Counted from the stretch's first letter, positions 40,600-49,010 are shown. The stretch: DNA of 64,000 nucleotides from a virus (IMGVR_UViG_3300029696_000106:1-64000); one strand, 5' to 3'. Program-made: numbers and translations. Notes: generated by a model from the sequence alone, not told the origin.

Positions 40600-40690
40600 T
40601 TTTGTTTTCCGTAGGGCTTTCCCCTTCGTTGTGACTGTATATTACCGTCACCGCCGGATACTATCAAGCGGCTATGCTGCACGATCATAT
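40600..40690 (-). promoter_or_regulatory. promoter-leader cassette, copy 1
   Basis: Minus strand: GCCGCTTGATAGT-N17-GGTAATATACAGTCAC, then GAAGGGGAAAGCCC leader. Confidence 0.5.
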
Positions 40691-40779
40691 ACACCTCTTT
40701 TTGTCGGATTTATGTGTATTTCCACACTGGAAGAATCCGCCACTACGAGCAAAAGCCCCCGAAGGAGCTCTGCCCTTTT

Positions 40780-41064
40780 TCAGTGTGCGTTCCTGATGCA
40801 CCACTCGATTGCGTGACCGGCATCCGTGTAGGTCTCATCGGAAATCTTCAGAAGTTCCAGCCGGCACTCAATCGGTGACCAGCCTTCCTCCGGGTCTTCC
40901 ACAAAGCCGTAAACTGCTCCTTCCAGCATACCATTCCAGTTCATCTGGGCAACCAGAACCCTGTCACCGAACTGCATGATGCTGTCGTAGCAAGGTCTGA
41001 GTCGGTCGTAGAAGCTCTCGATGCTGATGTTGTTTTCCGGGAAGTCGATCAAATGCTTTTTCAT
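40780..41064 (-). CDS. hypothetical protein
   Basis: GGAGG RBS before MKKHLIDF. Confidence 0.5.
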   Translation of the reverse strand: MKKHLIDFPENNISIESFYDRLRPCYDSIMQFGDRVLVAQMNWNGMLEGAVYGFVEDPEEGWSPIECRLELLKISDETYTDAGHAIEWCIRNAH

Positions 41065-41087
41065 GGTGAATTCCTCCGTGTTTTCGT

Positions 41088-41170
41088 TTTTCCCTTGGGG
41101 CTTTCCCCTTTCGGTATGTGCATATTACCGTCAGGTGCAGAGGATAGCAAGCGGCTAAAGTACACGATCT
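41088..41170 (-). promoter_or_regulatory. promoter-leader cassette, copy 2
   Basis: GCCGCTTGCTATC-N-CTGACGGTAATATGCACATACCGAAAGGGGAAAGCCCCAAGGG. Confidence 0.5.
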
Positions 41171-41199
41171 TCCGTCTGGAATACCGGGCAGAATGTACA

Positions 41200-41439
41200 T
41201 CACTCTGCATCCTGCTCCATGAGTTCCACAATGGTGTCGTAGAAGAACTGCGGGTCATATGCCAGCGGTTCCCGTCCGGCTTCCTTATCCATCCTGATCT
41301 GGTCTTCCACCATATCCTCGGCATCCTCCAGCGTAAAAGCATCCTTATCGCTGTCATCCATGTGGTTGTAGATTTCCACGATGACATCCATCATCCGCTC
41401 TTCCATGTGCTTCTCCTTCTGGCGCATCCACGCCGCCAC
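41200..41439 (-). CDS. small acidic protein (hypothetical)
   Basis: 79 aa, Asp/Glu-rich. Confidence 0.4.
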   Translation of the reverse strand: MAAWMRQKEKHMEERMMDVIVEIYNHMDDSDKDAFTLEDAEDMVEDQIRMDKEAGREPLAYDPQFFYDTIVELMEQDAE

Positions 41440-41477
41440 ATCTGCCCCTGTGTGGGGCTGTGTCGGGGGCTGTCGGT

Positions 41478-41669
41478 TTATCTGGTCATCCGTCCCAGCA
41501 GGTAGGCTTCTTCCATTGCTTTCTGGATGCCCCAGACCGGAACCTCAATGAAGTCCTCGCTGTCATTGTCGCGGGCTTCGAGGTCACCCCGGCTGTCTAC
41601 CGCTACCATCAGGCGCTTGGCGATCTCCAACAGGGCTTTTTCCTCTTCCTTGGTGATGTTCTTCTTCAT
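41478..41669 (-). CDS. hypothetical protein
   Basis: GGAGG RBS before MKKNITKEE. Confidence 0.45.
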   Translation of the reverse strand: MKKNITKEEEKALLEIAKRLMVAVDSRGDLEARDNDSEDFIEVPVWGIQKAMEEAYLLGRMTR

Positions 41670-41695
41670 GATGGTTTCCTCCGTTTTTCTTGGTT

Positions 41696-41760
41696 TTCCG
41701 TTTCGGTATGTGCATATTACCGTCTATGCCACACACTATCAAGCGGCTATACTACACAAA
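41696..41760 (-). promoter_or_regulatory. promoter-leader cassette, copy 3 (shortened leader)
   Basis: GCCGCTTGATAGTGTGTGGCATAGACGGTAATATGCACATACCGAAACGG. Confidence 0.45.
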
Positions 41761-41839
41761 GATAGCCACCCGGAACTGTGCGTATTACGGCAGAAGAAAA
41801 GGGCCGCCGTTTCCGGCAAGCCCCGTGTGTTTCTCTGGC

Positions 41840-42286
41840 TTAGTAGTCTTCTTCCTCGTCGTAGTCCTCTTCGTCCCAGTCATCTTCCTCTTCATCCCAG
41901 CTGTCATCCTGGTCTTCTTCCTCATCTTTGAAGTCCCACATATCTTCAGTCGGCTGGGTTCTAAGGTCTGGATTCTGCTCGACATAATCGACAACCGCTC
42001 CGCAAAGGATATCCATGACCTTTTCGTAGGCGTCCTCGCTGAAGATCTCCCAAAGCCCTGCGGTCAGGCAGCTGACCTCTGCGTTACCCTTTGCGATCAG
42101 GAATCGGGCTGCCGGGTTGCAGGTTTCCTTGCCGTAGGCAATGTTCACCATGTCACCATCGTTGTAAAAGCGGTAGGCGATGCGGCTCATTGCCCTTACC
42201 AGTTCCCCTGCAAGGCTGTCTGCCTTGCCCGTCTCCGGTACCAGTTCCTTGAAAAGTTTATTGATGCGGTCTTCGTTCTTCGTCAT
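41840..42286 (-). CDS. acidic protein with a poly-D/E/W C-terminal tail (DNA-mimic-like)
   Basis: C-terminus DEEEDQDDSWDEEEDDWDEEDYDEEEDY. Confidence 0.5.
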   Translation of the reverse strand: MTKNEDRINKLFKELVPETGKADSLAGELVRAMSRIAYRFYNDGDMVNIAYGKETCNPAARFLIAKGNAEVSCLTAGLWEIFSEDAYEKVMDILCGAVVDYVEQNPDLRTQPTEDMWDFKDEEEDQDDSWDEEEDDWDEEDYDEEEDY

Positions 42287-42310
42287 TGTCATATCCTCCA
42301 TTTTTGTTGT

Positions 42311-42392
42311 TTCCCTTGGGGCTGTTCCCCTTTCGGTGACTGTATATTACCGTCACCCTGGAACACTATCAAGCGGCTAAACTACACGATCA
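42311..42392 (-). promoter_or_regulatory. promoter-leader cassette, copy 4
   Basis: GCCGCTTGATAGTGTTCCAGGGTGACGGTAATATACAGTCACCGAAAGGGGAACAGCCCCAAGGG. Confidence 0.5.
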
Positions 42393-42501
42393 TCAAGCCC
42401 TTTAATTGTCATATTTATGTGCTTTTTACGCCATCTTTCGGAAGACCAACACGAGCAAAAGGCTGGTCATTTCCAGCCCCTTGCGCCTGTCGGTCTTGCC
42501 T

Positions 42502-42762
42502 TTAGCGGATGATTTCGAGGTAGCTTATGTTACCCCAGCAGTCCGTTCCCTTGAAGCGGATGTGCTTGTCGTTTTCCCTGTCGAGGGTGAATTTCCGCAG
42601 GAGCTTCATCTTCTGGATGCGGTTCAGAAGATCCTTGCCGTTCTTCGCATCCTCAACGGCATCCCTGATCTCGACCACCGCACTGTCGCTTCCGTACCAG
42701 AGGTTGCTGAGTGCCTCTGGAATTCCGTTTGCAAGGTAAAGGCTGATTTTTGTGTAAGTCAT
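42502..42762 (-). CDS. hypothetical protein
   Basis: RBS GAGAGGAG. Confidence 0.45.
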   Translation of the reverse strand: MTYTKISLYLANGIPEALSNLWYGSDSAVVEIRDAVEDAKNGKDLLNRIQKMKLLRKFTLDRENDKHIRFKGTDCWGNISYLEIIR

Positions 42763-42777
42763 GTTTTTGTTCTCCTC

Positions 42778-42984
42778 TCAGAATGTCATCGTTTCCAGAA
42801 TCTCATCCGCGCCTGTTTCCCAGTCGTGGCGGCTAAGTTCGATTTTGCTGTACATCTCTGCGCTGTCCGGCTCATCGAAAAGCCGGAAGCATTCTCTTGC
42901 CAGCTCCTCGCTGGTGTGCTGTTGGATTTCATCTGGCTGTCCATCCAGCCGTGTAAAGGTGATCTCGTAAGTGTAGCGTTCCAT
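42778..42984 (-). CDS. hypothetical protein
   Basis: 68 aa, acidic. Confidence 0.45.
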   Translation of the reverse strand: MERYTYEITFTRLDGQPDEIQQHTSEELARECFRLFDEPDSAEMYSKIELSRHDWETGADEILETMTF

Positions 42985-42995
42985 GTTCTTTGCCC

Positions 42996-43065
42996 CTTTC
43001 GTTTTGGTAGCTGTATATTACCGTCACTGCCGGACACTATCAAGCGGCTAAAGTACACGATCATC
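42996..43065 (-). promoter_or_regulatory. promoter-leader cassette, copy 5
   Basis: GCCGCTTGATAGTGTCCGGCAGTGACGGTAATATACAGCTACC. Confidence 0.5.
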
Positions 43066-43124
43066 TGCGCCCTGAACTGGTGGATTTATGTGTTTATCCG
43101 GGGAGGTTTCCCTCCCCATTTTTC

Positions 43125-43301
43125 TTAGCTGAACATCTCTGCCGTGTCATCGTCGATCCAGAGGTGCATGCCGTCTGCTTCCATGATTGCGTGGTCTTCA
43201 TGAACCTCGGTGATGATTCCTTCCCGGCTTCCGCTACCATCAAATTCGTTCCAGTGCCATGTTGTCTTTCTTCCTTTTTTCCATGTTCTCCAATCAGTCA
43301 T
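43125..43301 (-). CDS. hypothetical protein
   Basis: Start MTDWRTWKKG after AAGGAGG; the longer ORF-track version translates the promoter cassette. Confidence 0.4.
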   Translation of the reverse strand: MTDWRTWKKGRKTTWHWNEFDGSGSREGIITEVHEDHAIMEADGMHLWIDDDTAEMFS

Positions 43302-43320
43302 TCTGCTGTCCTCCTTTGCT

Positions 43321-43385
43321 TTTTGTAGCTGTATATTACCGTCACTGCCCTGTGATAGCAAGGCCATAAAACGTCATATTATCAA
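43321..43385 (-). promoter_or_regulatory. promoter-leader cassette, copy 6 (variant -35 region)
   Basis: TTATGGCCTTGCTATCACAGGGCAGTGACGGTAATATACAGCTACA. Confidence 0.45.
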
Positions 43386-43510
43386 CGATCTTCCCCCTTC
43401 ATGTTTGGTACATATATGACCCCTGATTGACTTGCTATATATGTGTTTCTGCGGCATTATACACACAACGAAAGCAAAGAAAACCAAACCAAAAACGGAG
43501 GACAAAAACC

Positions 43511-43762
43511 ATGAAAAAGACCATTACAGAAGTTGAAACCGCAATCGAAAACCGCATCGCAGAGCTTGAAGAAGAATACGAGCTGGACATTTACGACCGC
43601 AACGACATCCGGGAAGAAGAATACCAGAAAGCCGGATGGCGGCACGACCCTTTCCCAGAGGAGCTTGAGGAAGAGGACGAAGAAGAGGAAGAGGATTGGC
43701 ACTACCACAGCATAGAGGAACGACTGAACGAGGTCGGCATGAGCATGAGGGATTTCTTCTAA
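43511..43762 (+). CDS. small acidic protein on the plus strand (hypothetical)
   Basis: GGAGG RBS before MKKTITEVE; EELEEEDEEEEEDWHYH. Confidence 0.45.
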   Translation: MKKTITEVETAIENRIAELEEEYELDIYDRNDIREEEYQKAGWRHDPFPEELEEEDEEEEEDWHYHSIEERLNEVGMSMRDFF

Positions 43763-43962
43763 GGAATCCCCAGAGAGGCTCCCCAGCAGAGGCTGGGGCT
43801 CTGCCTCGTATCCCCCGTTTTGGTTTGGTATGATATGCAAAACCGCTGCCAGATGTTTGTGTACATTATGGCGGCGGTTCTCCTTGCTATTGTTGCTTTC
43901 CAGAGGTAATATACAGTAAACTGGAAGGGGGTTCTCATTCTTTTGAGGCCCCCATTTTCCGT

Positions 43963-44154
43963 CTAATCGGCTTCGCCCTGCATTGCCTGATGCATCACCC
44001 TGCGGTTATGCGCTATGGCTTTCTTTTTCAGGTCCCTTTTCCATCTGCGGATGGTTACTGCCTTGCAGTGATTTCTCGACCATTCGTATTCATCCAGAAT
44101 GTATCTGCCGCCGTGTTCCCTCTCGCCATAAGCCGGCATCTTTCTGTGTCCCAT
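43963..44154 (-). CDS. small basic protein (hypothetical)
   Basis: AGGAGG RBS; 63 aa. Confidence 0.4.
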   Translation of the reverse strand: MGHRKMPAYGEREHGGRYILDEYEWSRNHCKAVTIRRWKRDLKKKAIAHNRRVMHQAMQGEAD

Positions 44155-44226
44155 AGGCTCCTCCTGTTAAACTAAGCCCTCCCGGTCTTTTCTGGCCGAG
44201 AGGGTATTTTTTCTAATTGTGGTATC

Positions 44227-44598
44227 TTATTCCGGCTTCGTTCCGTCATCCATCTGGATGACTGCCATCTGCTCGAATATGCTGACGAATGCCTCCGGCA
44301 CCCAGAATCGTTCCCTGAATTTCTGGATAAGGTCTTGGGGCAGCTCTGCGAAATCCTCCTCTCCCAGTCCGCAGATGAAGAAGTTTCCCTTGATGGGCTG
44401 CTCCAGTTCCGGGATGTATCTGCTGAATGGCTTCTCGGTGAACAGCCCGTTGTCATCGGTGACCAGGGCGGCGCGTTCTTCCCACGGGTATGTGGCTGTG
44501 ATGCAGTCGCAGTCGAGGATGCGATAGAACTCTTTCAGGGAGTTTTCAATGTCCACCACCTGCGGATGCTCCATCGGCTTGATCAGAAGGACTTTCAT
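44227..44598 (-). CDS. DUF3846-domain protein
   Basis: MKVLLIKPMEHPQVVDIENSLKEFYRIL...GNFFICGL pattern is typical of DUF3846 on ICEs and phages. Confidence 0.55.
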   Translation of the reverse strand: MKVLLIKPMEHPQVVDIENSLKEFYRILDCDCITATYPWEERAALVTDDNGLFTEKPFSRYIPELEQPIKGNFFICGLGEEDFAELPQDLIQKFRERFWVPEAFVSIFEQMAVIQMDDGTKPE

Positions 44599-45062
44599 TC
44601 GACCCAGCCCCCTTTCACGATTGCCCAGTCTGCAAGATGCATCTTCTGCTGTCCGCTCCATGCAATGTCCTCTAACGCTTCCTCAGTTCCGCAGCGGTTG
44701 CAGATCTGAATGTCCGCCCTTCGGCTGAGTGCCTGCTGCTGATGGTCGTAGCAGTCAGGCTTTGCTCCGCACCTGGGGCAACGTGGGCCGGTCTGTCGCG
44801 TTTTACCAAGGCGGTCGAGCGACACCTTGACCTCGGCATCCGTTGCCACACGGTGGCAACTGTCCGCACCGTAGGAAACGTTCAGATGGCTTCTGGTATC
44901 CCAGCTCACTAAGATGTTTCCGGCATCATCGACCCCGTTGCAGGTTCCCTGCGTTCCGATGGGCGGTGCCTGCCTGTCATCCATCTCATCGAGGACGATC
45001 CGGCATCCGACCGGGAACTCTTTTCTCAACTTCTTGACCGTTTTCTGATCTGCGAAATTCAT
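44595..45062 (-). CDS. DUF4314-domain protein with a C-terminal Cys4 zinc ribbon
   Basis: FPVGCRIVLDEMDDRQAPPIGTQGTCNGVDDAGNILVSWD; CPRCG...CNRCG. Confidence 0.6.
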   Translation of the reverse strand: MNFADQKTVKKLRKEFPVGCRIVLDEMDDRQAPPIGTQGTCNGVDDAGNILVSWDTRSHLNVSYGADSCHRVATDAEVKVSLDRLGKTRQTGPRCPRCGAKPDCYDHQQQALSRRADIQICNRCGTEEALEDIAWSGQQKMHLADWAIVKGGWVE

Positions 45063-45538
45063 GCCTGCACCTCCTCGATCATCCGCTGGGCGGCATCCTT
45101 ATCCATGCATTCCTTCAGCGCACCTTCGAGGATGTGCATCGGGAAGCGGAATGCCTTATAGCCGTCATGCAGGACTTTGTAGTAATACCGGCTCGGTGCG
45201 CGGTGTCCAAAGTCGTTCTCCATGATGTAGACCATTGCGGTCACCATCTCCGGCTCTGCCCCTTCCCGGAGCAGTTCGATGTTCAGGTCTTCCTTGCGGT
45301 AGTAGTTCGGGTAGCCCTCATAGAGGTCGAGGTTCTCTTCGTCCCTTTCCGAGATCTCCCACACCAGAACCGGCGTGTTCTTCTTCGGGTTCGGTGCGAT
45401 GGTGGCGCAGCCGCGGAACAAAAGCTCCCAGCCTGCCAGCACCGCCTGTCCTGCAATTTTTGCATCCGGGCATCGGTCTGCCATCTGCTCCACCGACAGG
45501 TTGCTGCCGTAGGCGATGTAATATTTCTTGTTCTTCAT
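45059..45538 (-). CDS. gamma-glutamyl cyclotransferase-like (AIG2/GGCT fold) protein
   Basis: YYIAYGSNLSVEQMADRCPDA...YEGYPNYY; start refined to MKNKKYY. Confidence 0.6.
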   Translation of the reverse strand: MKNKKYYIAYGSNLSVEQMADRCPDAKIAGQAVLAGWELLFRGCATIAPNPKKNTPVLVWEISERDEENLDLYEGYPNYYRKEDLNIELLREGAEPEMVTAMVYIMENDFGHRAPSRYYYKVLHDGYKAFRFPMHILEGALKECMDKDAAQRMIEEVQA

Positions 45539-45577
45539 TTGAATCTCTCCCTTCGGTTTTCTCCGCTCTTGTCTGGC

Positions 45578-45640
45578 GGTATGGTATATATCACTCTTTT
45601 GCCCTGATTTATCAAGGCCGATGTGCATCATATACTGCAC
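45578..45640 (-). promoter_or_regulatory. promoter cassette, copy 8 (variant)
   Basis: CCTTGATAAATCAGGGCAAAAGAGTGATATATACCATACC. Confidence 0.4.
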
Positions 45641-45668
45641 AATGTTTTTTGCTTTTGATCGTGTACTC

Positions 45669-46190
45669 TTACATCATCTGCCGCTTCTTCAGATACCGGA
45701 CGGCTTCCGTCCTTCCGATACTGGCTGCCAGTCCACGCTTCAGTGTGTCCAGCGGAAATCCCCAGTCGCTGTATCCGCCGTGCAGCAGTTCAAAATACTC
45801 GGCATCCGGGCAGCCAAGCCGCCGGTCCTCGTGCATCACATAAGCGATGCAGGGCTTTGCCTTTTTCATGCGGTTCCCGTTCAGGTTCCAGACCGGAAGC
45901 TGGAACTGCTTCTTGTAGTAGTATCGTGGGCAGCCCTCGTACCGGTCCAGCAGGAGCTCATCGTATTCTGAGAGCTTCCAGACCACTGCTGGTACGCTTT
46001 CATTGGCATCCTGCTCGATGGTGGCATAGCAGCCGGTCTTACTCTTTTTGAACAGGAGCCGGTAGCCCTTGATCTCGGTCGTGCCGACCACCACAGCGTA
46101 AGGGCATCTCTTTCCCATCCGCTCCATGTCGAGGTTGCTTCCGTAGGCAAGGTAATATCTGGATGGGACTCGGCTAATCAGTTCAAACAT
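45669..46190 (-). CDS. gamma-glutamyl cyclotransferase-like protein, paralogue 2
   Basis: YYLAYGSNLDMERMGKRCPYA...YEGCPRYYY. Confidence 0.6.
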   Translation of the reverse strand: MFELISRVPSRYYLAYGSNLDMERMGKRCPYAVVVGTTEIKGYRLLFKKSKTGCYATIEQDANESVPAVVWKLSEYDELLLDRYEGCPRYYYKKQFQLPVWNLNGNRMKKAKPCIAYVMHEDRRLGCPDAEYFELLHGGYSDWGFPLDTLKRGLAASIGRTEAVRYLKKRQMM

Positions 46191-46419
46191 CCGCCTCACC
46201 GTCCTCCCTGCCAGTGAATTCCACACCCTGGAAATCCTCCGTCCCAAGCTCGATCTGGCTGTCCTGCCACCAGTCCTCTGCCACACGCTGGGCTTCCTCC
46301 ACGGTCGGCTCTTTCATTTCGGATTCATAAATGGTCACCGTTCTCTGGTAGGTCTCAGTGATGGTCACCTTAAAGGCCCTGCCTCCCGGTGTGTTTTCAT
46401 TTTTTAACGTGCTTTTCAT
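46183..46419 (-). CDS. hypothetical protein
   Basis: 78 aa. Confidence 0.4.
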   Translation of the reverse strand: MKSTLKNENTPGGRAFKVTITETYQRTVTIYESEMKEPTVEEAQRVAEDWWQDSQIELGTEDFQGVEFTGREDGEADV

Positions 46420-46486
46420 AAACCTGCACCTCCTTCTACCACCTCAAGGGCGGTTGCCCGCCCAAAAGGTGCCCGTGCATCCCGGC

Positions 46487-47425
46487 TTATTTGTTCCGCC
46501 AGGATGCGTTGCCCTCCATGTTCCGCAGAAGGATCTCCCTTGCCGTTGCAAATTCATCCCCGATGAATCCCAGCCTCAGCATCCAGCACCGCATGGCGTA
46601 CTTTTCGTTGTCGGTCTGCTGGGGCTTCGGGCTTGCCGTTCTGACCATCTTAGCAAGCTGGCTCATTGCGAGGCAAAGCTGGATGTAGGCTTTCATCTCA
46701 CCGGCGTGCAGTCCGTTGCGCCTTCCGTCCGCTGGGTCTGCGAATTGGAAAAGGCGGAATTCAATGGTCCCTTTTGTGAAGGTGGCATGGAGGTTCAGCA
46801 TATGGTACCGGCTTGAATTGTAGTGGGCATTCCGGTTTTCCCAGCTGGAACCGTTGCCTTCGTACCAGATGTCTTCCAGCTTGCGCATGGTGGTCGGCTT
46901 CTCGCGGTTCAGCCGGTCGAGGAAGCGGTGGTTGACCACCTGGCAATATTGTCCGGTGCGCCCTGCATCGATCCGGATGGCTCTGCCGATCTGCTGTTCG
47001 TGCGCCGCCATGATGTTCACAAGGTTGCGGATGGTCTTTGCGGTGTGGTCGCCTTTGCCGATGTGGATGTGGACCCCGCATCCGCGGCTTGGGCCGCTCT
47101 TTGCGCCTGCCTTGCGGAGCAGCCGGATGATTTCCTGCAGGGGTTCGATGTCGTCGTAGGTGAGGATCGGGGTGACCAGTTCGCATTTTTCTGCGTCCGG
47201 TCCGTAGATGCTCACATTCCTCTGGAATTTCCAAACCCTGCCCTGCTGGTCCTTGCAAGCCCAGCTGTAATATCCGTACTCGCCAGCGGCGTTCCATGCT
47301 CTGGTTCCGAAGTACTCAGCGACCTTTCTTGCCGCTTTTTCTCTGGTGATGTTGTTCATCTCGATCTCAACTCCGATGGTCTGGTTCTTCATGGCTTCAA
47401 TCTGCTCTCTTGTTTTATCGTTCAT
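46487..47425 (-). CDS. putative amidoligase (GS/GCS2-like, Amidoligase_2 family)
   Basis: IGVEIEMNN...GCGVHIHIG...TIEFRLFQF motifs; start MNDKTREQ after AAAGGAG. Confidence 0.55.
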   Translation of the reverse strand: MNDKTREQIEAMKNQTIGVEIEMNNITREKAARKVAEYFGTRAWNAAGEYGYYSWACKDQQGRVWKFQRNVSIYGPDAEKCELVTPILTYDDIEPLQEIIRLLRKAGAKSGPSRGCGVHIHIGKGDHTAKTIRNLVNIMAAHEQQIGRAIRIDAGRTGQYCQVVNHRFLDRLNREKPTTMRKLEDIWYEGNGSSWENRNAHYNSSRYHMLNLHATFTKGTIEFRLFQFADPADGRRNGLHAGEMKAYIQLCLAMSQLAKMVRTASPKPQQTDNEKYAMRCWMLRLGFIGDEFATAREILLRNMEGNASWRNK

Positions 47426-47451
47426 GGTATGTTCTCCTTTGTTTTTTCCTT

Positions 47452-47522
47452 GTTTTCCCTTTCGGTATGTGCATATTACCGTCAGGTGCACATAATAGCA
47501 AGGCCATAAAAGAACATATATT
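47452..47522 (-). promoter_or_regulatory. promoter-leader cassette, copy 7
   Basis: TTATGGCCTTGCTATTATGTGCACCTGACGGTAATATGCACATACCGAAAGGG. Confidence 0.45.
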
Positions 47523-47657
47523 CGACAAATATCGAGAGGAATGATCGTGTACATTTCTGCGGTTTATCCGCTTGATAATGTACATTTTCAGAGTTAATAT
47601 CGGTACAATGGAAGAGAGGCTCGCATATTTTCCGGCCCCCATTGGGGGCTTGGGAGC

Positions 47658-48785
47658 TTACGCTCCCGCCTCCAGCATCTGCGCCGTGTCTGCCCCACAG
47701 TCGGGCTGTGTCGGCTCGGCATCTGCCGATGCGATCATTTTCCCAGGGGAGGCACTGCCCTCCTGCGCCGCCTGTTTCGCGGCTTTCAGGGCATCACGCT
47801 TTGCCTTTTCCCTTGCAAGGAACTTCTGTGCTTCCTCATCCGTGCGGAAAGCCGCATGGCCGGAAAGGTTCTCCATCAAAATCTTTCTGGTCTGCTTGAA
47901 GTCCGGGCCATTCATGCCAAGGCGCAGAAGCCAAGTTCGCAAAGCGTATTTCTCATTGGAATCGTTCACCTCTTTTGCCTGAATCCGCTTCTGGCTGATA
48001 GCCTGCTGGTTCATCAGAATCGCAAGGTGTCCGAATGCAGTCAGGTGGTCATAATCCGGTGCCATCGGGAAACCTGTAAAGGTAACTTTCTCATCTGTGA
48101 TCGTCAAGCCTTCCAGGGAAGCACCATGCTGTTCTTCATACTCTTTGAGCGCATGAATGAAATTTGCTACCGCATAAGTGCAGCTGTCATCTTTCAAGGC
48201 ATCCACCAGCCCCTTATCGGCAAGGAAAATGCCGTCCGTTGCCTTGCTGACGAGTTCCCCTCTGCTGTAGATCAGATTGACCAGGTTGCGAAGCGATACG
48301 CCGTTATGCTGACTGATCGGGAAAGAAAAATCCGCATCCAGAGGGATTGCTTCCTCTGCCACAGGCTGTTCCCCACCTTCTTCCGATGGGATTTGCTCTG
48401 CACTCTCCATTTCGGATTCCCCATCTTCCTCGGCTTCTTCTGAATCCCCTTCACAGGTCTCCTGCTCATTTGGATCTACTGCCGGAATCATCTGGACACC
48501 CTCGGCAAGGTCTACCGCAGGCTGTTCGTCTGCAGTTTCCTGCAAAGTCTCTGCATCCACATCCTCGCCGCCACGGATCAGGCCTTCATTCATCAGCGTA
48601 GTCAGCAATTCCAGATCTGCATTTTCCGCCTCCACCAGCAGGTTGCCATCCCGGTCAATGGTGTAATTTCCGATGTCATACGCATACCGAGGGGCCTTGG
48701 TGTAGTAAGGATGAATGCCTGTCAGCTCCTCCATCCGCTTTGCCAGTGTTTTGCGCTCCTCTACATTTAGTTCAAACTTCAACAT
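47658..48785 (-). CDS. amidoligase-related paralogue with a divergent N-terminal half and an acidic insert
   Basis: Shares SLRNLVNLIYSRGELV and C-terminal NEKYALRTWLLRLGMNGPDFKQTRKILMENLSGHAAFR with 46487..47425, but lacks the GVEIE motif. Confidence 0.5.
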   Translation of the reverse strand: MLKFELNVEERKTLAKRMEELTGIHPYYTKAPRYAYDIGNYTIDRDGNLLVEAENADLELLTTLMNEGLIRGGEDVDAETLQETADEQPAVDLAEGVQMIPAVDPNEQETCEGDSEEAEEDGESEMESAEQIPSEEGGEQPVAEEAIPLDADFSFPISQHNGVSLRNLVNLIYSRGELVSKATDGIFLADKGLVDALKDDSCTYAVANFIHALKEYEEQHGASLEGLTITDEKVTFTGFPMAPDYDHLTAFGHLAILMNQQAISQKRIQAKEVNDSNEKYALRTWLLRLGMNGPDFKQTRKILMENLSGHAAFRTDEEAQKFLAREKAKRDALKAAKQAAQEGSASPGKMIASADAEPTQPDCGADTAQMLEAGA

Positions 48786-48827
48786 GATTCATCGCTCCTT
48801 TTTCATTATTTTGTTTTTATGCATCCC

Positions 48828-48895
48828 GATGTTTTTTTCGGTAGCACATATATCACTCTGAACCGGGCAAATAGCAAGTCCATTTCCGAATAATC
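48828..48895 (-). promoter_or_regulatory. promoter cassette, copy 9 (variant)
   Basis: ACTTGCTATTTGCCCGGTTCAGAGTGATATATGTGCTACC. Confidence 0.4.
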
Positions 48896-49010
48896 TTTAT
48901 GTTCGACCCTTTACACAATGAGATGCTAACTCATTTGTGTAAATAGGCCCGATATGTAAGCCCGCCATATCACTTGGTAGCCTTTCTACCTTGTAATATA
49001 GCGGGCCATT

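Noticed and set aside
43064-43367. ORF-track N-terminal extensions containing GDGNIQ, SGSDGNIQ or HLTVICTYRKGK (40694, 41203, 43064, 43367, 47554)
   Set aside because: These peptides are translations of the repeated promoter-leader cassette. The real starts lie downstream of the cassette's RBS.
43881-43935. Plus-strand TTGCTA-17-TAATAT promoter-like sequence followed by a GGGGG...CCCCC hairpin
   Set aside because: There is no plus-strand gene downstream, only convergent minus-strand genes. It more likely acts as a bidirectional terminator between 43511..43762 and 43963..44154. A similar CGGTAAACTGGAA motif at ~59320 has no clear role either.
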